Both the position numbers and the translations under genes were made by a program. A stretch of DNA of 63,436 nt, filler included, from Choristocarpus tenellus KU-1152 (Eukaryota; Protista; Phaeophyceae), in assembly GCA_964200185.2 (NCBI GenBank). It is 13 parts of 13 records of this genome, joined end to end, with 100 filler letters (N's around TTAATTAATTAA, not from the genome) between each part and the next. Parts side by side here need not be neighbours in the genome. Positions count along the whole stretch, not along the records: positions 31,940 to 42,758 come from CAXNAD020002693.1; positions 42,859 to 47,602 come from CAXNAD020013241.1; positions 47,703 to 50,238 come from CAXNAD020026969.1; positions 50,339 to 53,319 come from CAXNAD020023184.1; 9 more parts are not named here. One strand, given 5' to 3'. The notes beneath the pieces were generated by a model. The model had not been told where the DNA came from. It searched no databases and saw only the letters and a program-made list of their open reading frames with translations. Below, one piece after another: positions 38,801 to 52,060 of this stretch (its first letter is position 1; each line of letters starts with the position of its first letter).

Positions 38801-39970
38801 GGCCTGAGCCATAGTAGATGTAAAGCATACACAGTTCATTGGAGGCCACTCCCAACAGCATATGATTGGCTCTTATCTTAACACCCAGAAAAAATAGGAA
38901 GTGTAATCCTTATCTCAAATTTGTTTCTATTTAAATATATAAAATTTTCTCCTCCTTACTCCATGTACAGTTCGAGTCTGAGTACTTTACTAATACAGAG
39001 TGAGCCACTGATACCACCTACAGCGTAATCAATCTGGTAAAGTAGCACTAAAACAGTCCAGAGTATACTAACAGCACAATCACACAACAAAATCACGGCC
39101 CGTGATGCACTTAACAATGGACAATAAAACTCAACCAATATGGACGCAAAATCTGCAAGTATGTGAGGCTCTACATCTTCCTCCTTGCCAGACTCTATCA
39201 CAAGTAGCACTTGGATAAAGAAACAAGGCATGTACAACTCATATCAATAACTAAAAAAAGTAACTACAGAGACAACAGTACAAGATAACTCCAACTTTCA
39301 CTATACAAAATCTGAGCCTTTCAAGCGCAGACATTCCCTCTCTACAAGTGTGCAATACAATATTCCTAAAAAAGGAAAAAAAGGGGGGGGGGGGGGGGGG
39401 TGTTGTATGTTTTTAGTGTCCTTTAACTGGAGCGGAGAGGGGGGGATTTGNNNNNNNNNNGGGGCAATTTGTAGGATGTGTAGGCCTTCCAGTAGGCAAG
39501 TGTGGGACTGGATTTGGGAATGGACATTGAGCATAGTGTCAGCACATGTCAAAACCACAACCATCAACTCCCAAGGAATAGGTTAGTGTGGAGTTGACAT
39601 GGCAGTAAAACTAACCTATTAATACATGAGCAAGGGGAAAAAAAAACTTCTTTCTACCTTCAAACACCGTGGGATAGTCCCTATAACAAAAATGGGATAA
39701 CACTAGCAACAAACTCAGTTGCACAGGTCTGCCTCTGAACCAAAAGAGCTGGAAAACACTCTACAGAGGCATTGATACATGAACACAGCACCAAGACAAT
39801 CAAGGCAATCAAGCCGACACACACACAAACACACCATCACAGCACAAATGCTTCCAAGAAGCAACTAAACAATCAAAAGAGGCCAAAAGTCCACAAGTTC
39901 AAACACTAAAAAAAAAATCCACTAAGTAAGGCATCACACGCCTTGGAGGTGTTGAATTATCACCATCATG

Positions 39971-41430
39971 TCAGGAAGGGGGTTCAGATCTTCGGTTACT
40001 TAAACACTGACCCTCCACTGCACTGTCCAGGGAGGTATCTGACCAGCTTAACACAACACCCCCATTCTCATGGAATTCACACTTTTTTTCTTCGAAGCTG
40101 TCTTCGATATCACCAGGAGACATTCCATCTCCCGATCCACTTTCAGTATTTGAGGTACACGACTCCTGCTCCTTCTCCTGGATGAGCAAAGGGTACACAG
40201 ACAGCAGTGACATTTTTTTTTTGGGGGGGGGAGGGGAGAAAGAGGGTCAGTGAGAAAATGAGCTAAACTAGGGCAAGAAATAATAACATTCATGGAAAGA
40301 ATGGAAAGAATAGAACTAAACTCTTTACTCTTTATTAATTTGTGAAGAATTTCCAAAAGCATAGTGATAAAAAAATTGTAGGAACTATGCCAAGCTGGGA
40401 GGGAAAAGAACAACAAAAAAATTGCACAAGAGAGAGATTAATAAAATACAATTGAGTTAAGGTAAGAACATGGACAATTAAAGGTTGTATTAGTAAATGT
40501 CGACTCTTCCTGTCTACACAACAGGATATGTGTTCTACCCACCAAGATCGACTCATCATTCTTCCTTAACTCTTTCGTCCTGAATTACATTTACTAACAG
40601 ATGCTTGGTGGGTTGATTAGGGAGGGTGTGCACAAGGTGACCTCTCCAAACCCAGGAAGTGTACGGCACCTCTACAATACATTTTTAACACAGCAAAGCC
40701 ACCTGAGAGATCGGTAGGTTACTACTCAACGCATACCAAGAATGTGCTAGGGCACCAAATATCATGGTAATCGAAATGGCAGCAGGTTTACGACAGTAGG
40801 GTATACAAGCCGCATTGAACAAAAATCAAACAAAAAAGATGCACCATGCACAACTGCCTGAAACATACCTGACAACAAAAAAGTTATACCTTTACATTAC
40901 ATAGCAGACTCTGTCAATCAATGCCTCATTAGGAACTAAAGTCTTGATATGTCGTTACATAAATCCATCCTCAAAAGAGCCACCGCAAAGAGTGACTTTT
41001 ACAAAATCTTCAAGCACACTCAATAGACAACACCATACAAACAATACAACATAGGGTTGGGAGACAGGGGCAGGAACCGTAACAGGAAAATACAAAGAAT
41101 TGAAGACATAACACTGAAATCACATCCTTGAAAACTAAACTACCCAAGTAGCTGAATCAATTTCATGCTTTTTCCAATTAATCTTTGCAGGGGCGTGTAT
41201 TTGTGCAAGGCTGCATACAGCAAGGGTACAGGACAGGACAGTAAAGTACAGTAAGTCCATATCAATGAAACATAAGATACCTTGTCCAGGGCCTGGCGTA
41301 GAATTCGCCGGGCATAGACTGTGATGGCAATAAGGGCAAGAACTGTGGTACAGATTCCCACAATCAAAACAACCAGCTCAACTCTGGCAGCATGCCTGTC
41401 AGAAGATTTTTCGCCCATGCATGCCATCTC
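39971..41430 (-). CDS. Last two exons of a membrane protein, probably VTT/SNARE-associated (TVP38/TMEM64-like)
   Basis: Exon 41430-41281 (..VELVVLIVGICTTVLALIAITVYARRILRQALDK, a TM helix followed by YARR.L) splices in phase 0 to 40177-39971 (acidic low-complexity tail, TGA). The exons are well supported; the family call is tentative. Confidence 0.55.
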
Positions 41431-42872
41431 CTGGCAGGTGATTGACAAGAATGGAGAGGATGAGCAGAGGGATCACACGATAATTTAACGTCTTGTTGGA
41501 GATAAATGAGCATCAAGAATGCAGTGGTACTTTTGTACAGGAAGTGCCTTGCCTCGACGTATTGCATTGACTACCTGAACAGAGGATACAACTGCCACAA
41601 AAGTAACTAAAGTGGTTGCATCTTCACCTCCCATTCACAATAACAGTATGGCATGATATCATTGTGCCTATGTGGTCAAGGGGGGATGTTGACAGTAAAA
41701 CTGTGGCAAAGAGAAGTGTAACAGCTCTCCTGAGGACAGGACATCAAACGGATACCAGGTCAGTCACATACAAACAAACACCTCTACCTGCACATTTCGA
41801 TTACTTGAGGACAGCAAGCAAAACCATCTGTCTAATGTTGTCCATTTTGTACAAAAATAAATCAATCCCCTATTGCATCCCGCCTCTGGGCGATAAAAGA
41901 ATATGTAATCAACACCACCATTACAAAAAGGTCATTACAACAAAAGTCTATGGCAACACTGTCTTCCCGCAAAAAAATTAATATACCCACCTTACGACAG
42001 ATCGTTCATTACAGGTACTATTACATGGTACTATGAAAATTTCTATAAAGCAAACGGGTTTGTCAGGTGCTGACCACCAAATTCCGAGTGGAGCACAGGC
42101 AGAGTAGAAAATTTCATTGACTGCAAGCCTTTAAGATTGGCTCCATTGCTGTATTGAACAAAATCACCGTAACCAATTTGCCCAGAAATGTCCCTGCCAA
42201 CCACAACACTGCCCAACGTATAGGTCACCACATACTGCACACATGAGTATGGGGACAATACACTGAGTAAGAGTATTGGTCGTTACCTTGCTAGCAAACA
42301 CCAGCTATCAGTAGCAAAGGTTAGTGCTATTAACAAAATCTCAAGCTTGCAATAACCGGTATGGGATACTCAGCAACAAAACTTTGAACAGCAAAATCAA
42401 TCGACTTGTGTTGCCGCCGCTGGATTTGGACCTCGCAAAGATTTGCTAAACTGGTAGAGCAACTGTTCCTAACGGTTTTGACCACACAAAAATGACAATA
42501 CAATACTGTAAACTATGCTACAATATTACCGTTGTGAATTTCCCCCACAGAACTAGGAGAGACTTTCGGCACCCCCCCAAAACATAACCACATATTCACC
42601 TCCTGTCCTCTCCAATACATGCTCAACCCAAGAATCCCCTTCACATGAAAGCGTTCCTCTTCTATCCACTCTAGTAATATTAAGTTGAGCCCCCCCCTTC
42701 CCTCACAACTCATCCCCCATCCACCCCCCCTGCCTCACTTCTCCCATACACCTCACCCNNNNNNNNNNNNNNNNNNNNNNNNNNNNNNNNNNNNNNNNNN
42801 NNTTAATTAATTAANNNNNNNNNNNNNNNNNNNNNNNNNNNNNNNNNNNNNNNNNNNNGCTGGTGACTCAAA

Positions 42873-43052
42873 AGTCGAAACGTATCAGGAGGGGGGGGGA
42901 AGGTCTATACCAGAGTGCCCATTTGAACCAAAACCAGGAAAATTGCGCTTTCATTACCCATCCAACGTACGGAACCAAATAACCCAAAAATTGCGACAAA
43001 ACAAAATTGGCCCCAAATGGACAGCCGCCACCCCCCCCAGATACTTTGACCC
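42873..43052. mobile_element. Sola2-like MITE family 2, near-complete copy
   Basis: GTATCAGGAGn..CCCATTTG..CAAATGGACAGCCGCCA Cn AGATACTTTGACCC. Confidence 0.75.
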
Positions 43053-43583
43053 AGAGGTACTTACACACGCGCATTTGGAGAAATTAATATGAAGTGCAAA
43101 ATATTTCATACTACTCCATTTATATGTAAGTGGTGCTGGGATTGAACCCTATTACCCTTGGTATGGCAAGACAAATGATGCAATTTCTCCATCCTCAACA
43201 GCCCCTGGCCACTTTGAAGGATAAAAAATATTAATTCGAAGCCGTAACACCACAAGTTGTAGTACCAGGCTGTCATGCCCGGTTGTCAGCACTTTACCAA
43301 GCTCCAAAGTATTCCTTCGACCATTCCACCCCGAGTTCAACACACACGGACGAAATAACCTGGCCAAGTACATAGTAGTGGGAGGTGATACATCAACAGC
43401 AGCAAAGTATTTCAATACAGATTTTACAATCCCCTCGATCACGCAGGTTAATGCTCATGCTAGGGCCTTCCAATTCCATGCTAAAAAAAATTCTTCAAGA
43501 TTTCTTATGTAAGATCGACCCAACGACATTGGCAACATCAAAGTTGAACTTTCATGGTGGTTTGGTGGGAACTACAAAATTCC

Positions 43584-43843
43584 AACTGAACGTATTTTAG
43601 AGGGTATGAGTTTTGCCCTGTTTGTCCATTTGGGGATTGACTTCCTGTGGGTTTTTTTTATGACATTTTCCCACTCCAAAATGTTTCGGAGTAGGTCAAA
43701 TGTGTACGTTATGAAAAGGTGTGTCCAGAACAAGGATACTGACACTTCCTAACAAACACGACAGCCAAAATTACATCAAAATCGCAACATTGGATATTGG
43801 CCCCCAAATGGACTCGGCCCTACCCTCTAAGATTCATCGGCTC
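43584..43843 (+). mobile_element. Sola2-like MITE family 1, copy f
   Basis: Matches the family along its length. TTCC/TTCC TSD. Confidence 0.88.
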
Positions 43844-44466
43844 TTCCTATTTTTTTAGCTCCACTGTGAGTGGATAGAAATTGTTCGTATCGTCGTTTTT
43901 ACCAACAAAAGACGACCAATTAATTAAAAAATCATACTCTTGGAGTGGGAAATTTGAACAAATTCACCAACGGTTGAATGTTGGGCATAAGGTGCTTCAA
44001 CAAATTTACACCAATTGCAAAATGTGAACTTCACTTCCTTAGGGTACTCGTTGAGCTCCTGGATGGAGCAGGTTATTCCCCTTGTGTTTTGCGGGCAACT
44101 AGTTGAATGTTATGGCAGAAGTTTGACTGTCATATTGTGAGGTTTTGCAAATTAGGGAAGAAATTTCCCCGTTGATAGCAATAACATCACAATCAAAACC
44201 CGTTCTTTTGTTGTAGCTCTGCAAAATGTTAGTATACGATGCGAAAGTGTTCTTTTCGAACAAAAACTACTATTGTGCATCGAAACTCAAGAAAGGGAAT
44301 GCACTGATCACATCCTCTCGCACACAGATCACATATCCCCTTGTGGAGACTGGTGTGACAATGTACAGGATGTGACTGTGCAAAAGCGAAGACTCTGTTT
44401 ACTTTGCAGGGTTGTTCGCACGCATTGAGAATGAGTGACTAACAAGAGTGCTGATATTTGGGAAAC

Positions 44467-47372
44467 TTCCAGATGGAAAGCGGAAGGAGTATCCAACAGT
44501 GCTGAGTGCAATGTCTATCATAATACATCGCATACTCCAGAACACATGGAAATAAATATACTTCTATGTGAAATAAGGAAGTAGAGCTCTATGTATATTT
44601 GTCATGCACCTGGGTAATATGAACAGAAACATATCTACCACATCATACGTAATATCTATGATAGTTTCATGCCCTCTGAGATTTGGCAGACATTGTCTTG
44701 GGGAGAAAAGAAGTAACATACAAGGAAGATAATGCAACAAAGAGTCAAACCAGCTGAGATGTAAGCAGGGTTACATGTTAAGGATCCCCCGAAGGCCCGA
44801 GGGGCAATAAGAGGCATTATTGTACTATTGAAGAAAGGGATCGTTGCTGGATCATGGTGTAACTTTGAGTGTGGAGAGAGCGAGTACCAGTTTTGCGTAC
44901 ACTATTGTGCACATAAGCAATGAAAAAGAGTGCTTTGCATATTCAAGTAAATTTGTGAACTATACACGGGAGTATTACCCTGTCACTTCTTTCGTTGGTG
45001 CCTGTTTGTTTCCTGAGCACTAGCACTAACAACACCTCCAACCATGCCATAGCCAGGGTGCTCAGTACCACTTTACGAATGTTGTGTGGTAAAATCACTC
45101 AGTCTTAGACTAGTACTCTCGAATTTGGACTCCCGCAAAGTATTTGATTGGTAGAGATAACCAGCATCCTAACCGGTGTTCAAAAACCTCAAATAACCTA
45201 TTATGTAGTGAGCCAAAGTAATTGAGAGGTATCCAGGTTTGGCAATTTCTTGTTTTAGGCCACTCATTCCATCTTTTGTAATTCACCCTTGTTTCTATTC
45301 AGTGCTAAGATTTACTTGAGAGCGTTGTTTTCTATATTGTTTGAAAAATTCAACAGAATTTCCAGAAAAATCCCTATATGCATTTGTGCAAAAAGTGGAA
45401 TACTACGCATTTGTTAGCATCATTGAAAAGAAACCCTGGGTTCCTCTCGTTCACTTTGACTCAGTACCGAACCAAATCAATTGAGAGGTAGGCAGGTTTG
45501 AACCCTTCCGCATTCTAAGGCATCTTTCTTACCCTGTGCAACACATTCTCTTTCATTGATTTGTGTGCACAATAGTGTCCGCAAAATTGATACTCTCCAC
45601 ACACAAAGTGACACCACAATTCACAAGTAAAGACTCTTTCTGCACTTGCACAAAATGACGTCTTCTTTTCTTTCTTTAGGATCCTTGAAATTCAACCCAG
45701 CCTACCTCTCAACTACTTTCACTCTACTCTAGAGTACTTCGAAGTATTGCATACTTCAGCGTGAGTTCCTTGGGGTGCCTCTACCTTGCAATATATTTTT
45801 TGTCGATATCTTGCAATTTGATCGACATTTCAACTAGGGGTATGTTGTACTGGAATCTCGAGGAGCAACCAAAGTCCAGACCCTTGTTGTCTGCGGCTTG
45901 TAAAACTGTGTTTGAAGCAATTATAGCAAATTGATGTGTTTTTCACAATACATTACACTGGAATGGCTCTAGAGTATCAACATGACTCCTCTTTTAGAGC
46001 TCCAAGTAATTGAGTAATTGCATTGCAGAACAAATTCAATTGGACTATCCAGGCTCAGGCACACCTTCTCCATCATGCGGTTAGCTCCACAGTATATCAC
46101 CATCCAAGGAAGACGATGTTTGCCATCAGAGTCCAAAGTTTGTTGACTGGCATCGATGCTCCTGAGTCCATCGGTCTGGGGTTCCTGGGTAGATATTGAT
46201 ATTGGAAGGGTTTGACCCAAAGTATCTGGGAGGGGGGGAGGGGTCTACATCAGGGTGTCCATTTGGGCCAAAATCAGGAAAAGTGCATTTACAGTATCTA
46301 TCCGANNNNNNNNNNCAAATGGACAGCCGCCACCCCCTCCCAGATACTTTGAGCCTTTGTCAATGCCAATCCCGACGAATGGCGGTACCACCTCTTACAA
46401 ATGTGGTAGCACGAACATTTCTAAGGAGACTTGTGTTCTGTCACACCAAGGGAGAACGCTAATCTCTCAAGAGCAGATTGCTGTTGCGCCATAGATGGAA
46501 CACCAGGAACCAGAGGGGAATATATGTGGAATCGGAAATCTCTACTAAAGAGAACACAGTTAGGGTCCCCACCTGTACCCTCTTCGCTAGGTCTTTGTCT
46601 GCTCTGCTCAAGCCCTGTATTAGACGATTCCGATGATCCACATCATTTTCCTGTATAGTTTAGATGTCGCCATTCAAGTAGAAGAGGGCACGAAATGTAC
46701 CAAAATTTTAACCACAAAAGGTATCAGAGCCAGAATAGGTGTTGTGGCATGGGTTCAGAATACAGGAGACGACAATGGGAGGGCCTCAACTAGGAGGAGA
46801 GGCTGAAAGTATCTGGGGGGGGGGTTGCAGCTGTCCATTTGGGGTCAGTTTTCCTCATGTTGCGAGTTTTGGGTGATTTGGTTGCACACATCGGATGGAT
46901 AATGTAAATGGACACCCTAATGTAGACCCCCCCCCCCAGATACTTTGGGTCAGGTGACAATGGTACCAAAGGCTCACGATTATCATCCCTAGCACAAGTC
47001 AACTTCATGTGGTTTGCACTCCAGCACAATGTATGTCCCATATCATGTGTTGCGATGTATACAGTATAGCATAGTGTGACAAATAGGAATTAAGCTACAA
47101 TGTGTGTATTACATCCTTTAGCAACATCTTCGCAGGAACCTGGAACTGTGACTCACCCCAGCAATGGCCCCAGGAGTATTAACACGATATGTTGGATCCT
47201 CCTCATCAAGTGTGGGGGTCATGATGGACTTCACAGCAGTGGCGATGTCAGGGCGACCAATGTTCAGGGTAACAGGGTAGTATGGATTGTCTTGTCCTTG
47301 AGTACACTTTGTAGTCTCGCACAGTAATTCCGCCTCTTCATCGTCTTCCTCCAACTCATCCTCCATGAGAAC
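44467..47372 (-). CDS. C-terminal exons of a ferric reductase/NADPH-oxidase-like NAD(P)-binding domain protein
   Basis: Phase-0 exons 47372-47157 (PVTLNIGRPDI), 46184-46065 (PWMVIYCGA) and one starting at 44514 (AFHLE) give the GRP / V.YCG / FH.E motif order of the NOX/FRE C-terminus. The last exon end is uncertain. Confidence 0.55.
44742..45724. mobile_element. Sola2-like MITE family 3: copies 44742-~44945 (inverted, partial), 45210-45462 and 45469-45724
   Basis: Termini GAGCCAAAGTAATTGAGAGGTA / TACCTCTCAACTACTTTCACTC. 44860-44932 is the reverse complement of 45544-45612. Confidence 0.7.
46214..46355. mobile_element. Sola2-like MITE family 2 copy spanning a 10-N gap
   Basis: GACCCAAAGTATCTGGGAGn..GTCCATTTGGG..CAAATGGAC..CCCAGATACTTTGAGCC. 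Confidence 0.8.
46801..46951. mobile_element. Sola2-like MITE family 2, complete copy in opposite orientation
   Basis: GGCTGAAAGTATCTGn..GTCCATTTGGGG..AAATGGAC..CnAGATACTTTGGGTC. Further family-2 ends at 47563-47602 and 63411-63436. Confidence 0.8.
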
Positions 47373-47702
47373 CTGAAAGGGATGGATTCAGAATCGGTTT
47401 GGATAGTACGTCATACATTAGTAGTAGTACAACAATAGAACAAGTAGATTGTGCGATAGGACTATCAATTGTTTTTTCCAACATAAAGTTACATGCTCCA
47501 GTCACACCTTGGAGGTTTGGGGTAGTGCATCGTCTATCCAAGGAGCCAAAATGGTGTTCAATGGCTCAAAGTATCTGGGAGGGGGTGGCGGCTGTCCATT
47601 TGNNNNNNNNNNNNNNNNNNNNNNNNNNNNNNNNNNNNNNNNNNNNTTAATTAATTAANNNNNNNNNNNNNNNNNNNNNNNNNNNNNNNNNNNNNNNNNN
47701 NN

Positions 47703-49653
47703 CCGACTACCCCCCCCCCCCCAGAGCCCCACCCCTTGTTTTCGCTCACAGTGCAACTTTTCATTGATTCTACTCGGGAACCTCCATCTAGACCCAAGCC
47801 TCCCCCACTTGCAACCCCTGCTTCAGAAAAGACAAATTTAGCTTCAGAGTTGCTCCCAGAAACAGTTCCTGCTCCAAAATCCCCCCACCATCTCCATTCC
47901 CTGCCCGGATTGTCCACATAGACTGAGGTGTCACCCTGGTGCCTGAAGGTGGATGAACCACGTGAGGGAGACTTACGATAGTACAGTTGAGGGGCAACAT
48001 CTGCCACACACGCCTCTGTAAGGCCTGAAAAGCCAAATTCCCTACTACTCTCTGCCCTTATGAGACGAATTGTCTCCTCCACTGCCTTAGGGATAGTCGG
48101 GACAGAGAAAGCAGCAGATCTATCTGCAATAGATGATGTGTCACGAGCATATTCTGCCGGAGTTGAAGACATAGGGACCAATCTCAAGCCCACAAATGGA
48201 ACAGAAGACGGGGAATCAGAGTTTGAGAACAAGCTCGCTGAGCGGTCCCTGGGTTCTACATTTTCTATGAAGGAGCATTTAGAGAGAGCAGAAATAAAGG
48301 TTCCCAATCCATCTAGCCAGAGTCCCCCTCCTACATTGGAGTAGAACTTGGCTAGGGCAAATGATTCAGTCATAATCGACCCTCCAGAAAGGTGAAAACC
48401 TCCTCCTCTAAATCCTGCTGAGTTGTGAATGAAGGTATCATGCGTAGAAGCACTAAAAGAACATGCATTTGCCGAAATGCCGCCCCCCACAGCTAGTGCA
48501 CACACTAAATTAGCCTGCAATGAGGAGGTATTGGTGATGGTAATGGCACCTGGGATTGCTCTGGGCAGAGAAGAACAAACGCATCAAGCAGATGAAAAGA
48601 GAAGTTAGAGCTCTAGTATACTGAACATTGCACACACATTAAAATATTGCTCTTGTTGAGGTAATTGCAATGTGTTGTTATAGTACCTCCCTTCGTGATT
48701 ATTGGAAGGGTTGTACTGAGAAGAAGATGACGACTTGAGGCAATCTGGGCTTCTGGACTCATGACTTGTGTACAATCATTCAACAGATCCCTACACATAT
48801 CTGAACTTTCTCGTTAACCTTTTCTGCCCATGATCACCCCCCAAAATCAACTCTATCATTCCATTTTCACCTGTTGCCATTGAAAATGTTGCCCCACATC
48901 TCCTTGATTGTCGAATTTTCTTGGCAACGTAGCCCCCCTCCAGACACTGCAAGATTGGTGATCAGGGAGTTTTTCTTCAGATGCCCAATTGTTGACTCCC
49001 GAGCAACAAGTATGCCTCCTCCAAGTCCATCTTGGGAAGCAGATCGAGCATCATTTCCGACCAACGAGTTATGAGCCAGTAAATCAACAAAACTGTACTC
49101 CAGGCTGAGACCCCCACCTCCAAATCTGTCCTCATAAGGGTTGCGTAGAATGTGGAATTTTGGGCAGGGGAACATCAGATCAACTCCAAACATGAGACTG
49201 CAATATACATGTATAGACAAACAGAAACTAGACTTTTTCAAGTTGGGGTAGTTGACAGGAGCAGCACCGTGAATCCAGGGTTTGATCATGGTGTAAAAAA
49301 CTTATTTGAAATATTTATAGAGATGATATTCAAGGTGTTCCGTCTCTCGGCATTTTGTTTATTTCCAAGTGAGACTTGTGTTGGGGTTGCTCTAAAACAG
49401 TAACAATCATGGTACTACATGCAAGGTTGAGGACTTACTATTGCAAAGGAATATGAGTTCAAGCCAAGTAAGGAGGGACACCCATGCATCGTGCTTTGAA
49501 GAATACTCAAACTCAATGAAAACCCATGCAAGGCTCAGGCACTTTGCACATCACATCCTCATCGACCCCCAACCACTTACCCAGCATAGTTGTCTACAAA
49601 GGCATTATCAATGACCTTTGATACCAAAGCTGCATCAAGGTGAAGCCCACCAC
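47703..49653 (-). CDS. Polymorphic outer-membrane-protein-like (GG[G/A][LIV] + FxxN) parallel beta-helix repeat protein, internal fragment, 3 exons
   Basis: Exons 49653-49581, 49125-48871 and 48560-47703 are phase-consistent. Repeats: GGGLHL..FVDN, GGGLSL..LVGN, GGGILV, GGGLRC..FNGN, GGGISA..FIHN, GGGFHL..FYSN, GGGLWL..FIEN. Confidence 0.8.
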
Positions 49654-49793
49654 CTGAAAGGTATTAAAAAGTGAGGGACAGAGAAATAGGATGCTTTGTC
49701 GTCTTGTTGCACGCAAACTATTGCAGTTGATGCTTACAAAAATGGGATCAAGGCGTCCTGATGAAAGATAATAGGTCGCAAGATAAAGTGATA

Positions 49794-50238
49794 CTTCCTC
49801 CGTTTGGAATTAAATGTAACACAACTTTTGCAGCCCTAAAGAAGAAGCAAGATTAGTTTCTTCACATATTCATATTTTTTATTGGTGTATTGTGCAGACA
49901 ATAAAAGGTTGCTCAATAAAGGGTTGCCCACCAAAATCTCCACCAAAATGGGGCAGCCTACACCTATCTATGATTCTGCCCCCAAAGCCCTCCAGAAATC
50001 CAATCTAGGATCATATTTCGCCACATTCACGAGGGCATTCGAGGAGACATGGCCGGCTTTGTTGGCCTTTTCCTTTTCCTTGCTAAGATGAGGAATTTTG
50101 AAGACATCGTCACTCTTGGACCTCAGCACTTCACCATAGACTGTGTAGAGGCTCTGGTGGACACGCTCTAGTGCCTCTCGGGTACTTATCCAACACCTCC
50201 ATTATGGCCTCCACCAGCTCCTCGGTTTTGGTCGCTAC
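49794..50238 (-). mobile_element. 3' end of a mariner-type element with TIR, probably intronic
   Basis: TA|CTTCCTCCGTTTGGAATTAAAT terminus. Minus strand reads EELVEAIMEVLDKYP..LERVHQSLYTVYGEVL..FKIPHLSKEK, the mariner transposase C-terminus. Confidence 0.75.
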
Positions 50239-50539
50239 NNNNNNNNNNNNNNNNNNNNNNNNNNNNNNNNNNNNNNNNNNNNTTAATTAATTAANNNNNN
50301 NNNNNNNNNNNNNNNNNNNNNNNNNNNNNNNNNNNNNNCCTAGCGCCCAGTGGACCTGCAGTGGCAATCCCGCCCCCTCCTCCCCTGCTGGATGGACCTG
50401 AAGGGGCTATCCATCCACCGCCTCCACCACCCATGTGTGAGCCTCCTAGTGCAACCGACGTAGGGGCTCCACCCCCTCCACCCCTCGCATCTGCCCCTTC
50501 TCCTATACCAAGGCAGCACCAACTGCAAAGGTATTTGTG

Positions 50540-50870
50540 TGTAGTCAGACAGTCTTACTTGGTTGACATGTAGGTTGGCGGGGATAACCTGTGGGATATT
50601 TTTGGTGGCATAGGAGGTGCAAGAAGTCGATGTTCATGGTGTAACAGAGGAATGCAATTCATTGTGGCGGATGCTCGACGGCACCTTCAACAAGGCTAAG
50701 GTTCACATAGGGCTCATTGTGATACATAGAATCTTGGCTAGCAGTTTCGCCAAGGGCAAAGAGCACCCCCATATCCTTTATCCCATAGGTGCTCCCCCTA
50801 ATGGAATCCTCAATAACTTGCTAGGAGGATTTTAGCTTTACCCCCATTGCCATTATACATTCAAAAGGGG
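50540..50870 (-). mobile_element. Possible CRE-clade non-LTR retrotransposon RT-thumb remnant
   Basis: GIKDMG..G..SQDS..EHPPQ*IAFL..LHLL across frameshifts resembles GIK.LG.P.G..F..L.HPQ.AL.LL. Very degenerate. Confidence 0.3.
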
Positions 50871-51929
50871 AAATATGTCATCTTCAATGTTTTCTGTGCT
50901 ACAGCACAAGCATATCTTTTATTTCCCCCTTGCTCCTACATCACGAACACTTCTTGACATGTTACATGGTATCTTACACCTCACAGAACGAAAGATATCA
51001 CAATGCACACACACACCAGAACACGCACAGGATGCAGGATGCACAGCTGATAAGAGCGTTTCTCGCCTCTGTGTGGTATGCCACCATACACATTCAATGT
51101 TAGCTGACCATCTTCCAACCACCTGCAAATCTACATCTTAACTGCCTGCCACCCTCTTTTCAGCAGCGGAGATGGCGACTACAGCAGCGGTGCAGCATCT
51201 GAATATGTACCCCCACCACCACCCCTTCCCCAAGGAACCCTTCCCCTTGCACCAGAAGTCAGCCAGGGGGAACATGTGAAGGATGAGGGGGTTAAGGAAG
51301 AGGGTGCAGGGACAGGAAAATTGGACGAGGGAGGTGTAGTGTGCGAAATGGGAAAGTGGTTCCTGGAAGGGCAGGTGAGAGTTGGAAGTGGGGGGAGGGG
51401 CAGGAGGTGGCGCGGTTGCTGGGTTTTACATTTAAAGGGAGTGTAATGGCAGAAGGAGAGAGTCAGTTGTTGAAGCATGTGTCCTTGTATACAGTGGGGT
51501 GCTAATATTGCCGCATTTTACACCTAGAGCAAACATTGTTGGACATGTTGACCCTTGCAGGGTGTGGGAAGGTGTGTTTTGCAAGGGGTTTGTCTGGTTC
51601 ACTTGAGCTCTATTGTTGTATTGATTGTGGCATTCAAATGGATTACTGTCCACTTCTTCTGTAGTGGGGTCTTGATTTTGGTGTTGTCCCGGGTTGAATT
51701 CTACTTCTGTGATTTCCACACGCTCGTTGATATCTTCTCTGTTTTGTAGGCATTATTGTGTCTGTATCTAATGCAATTTCCTAAACAGTGATATGAGATC
51801 TTTACAAACTTCTTTGATATTCTTACTCTGTTTGATAACAGCTAATGTGATAGGGTCACGTCAGCACACTGTGTGTTTTTCTCCCCCTGACACTTTTTCT
51901 TGACCTTGTTTCTATCTCTCTATTTGCAG

Positions 51930-52060
51930 AAACACGAGGACAAGCTGGTGGTCAATCACCCTTGCCTCATATTTTCCGAATCAGAGGAGCAGTGGGTGGA
52001 TGCTGTTGTCCTTCGAAAGATTAATGTTTCTGTGCCTCACACCACAGTGAATCTCCGGAG
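51930..52060 (+). CDS. Isolated exon of an unknown protein
   Basis: Strong polypyrimidine tract + TTGCAG, open frame KHEDKLVVNHPCLIFSESEEQWVDAVVLRKINVSVPHTTVNLR, GT donor (end uncertain). Confidence 0.45.

Noticed and set aside
43150-44310. Broken minus-strand coding-like sequence around MITE copy f
   Set aside because: Multiple stops and no family motif identified.
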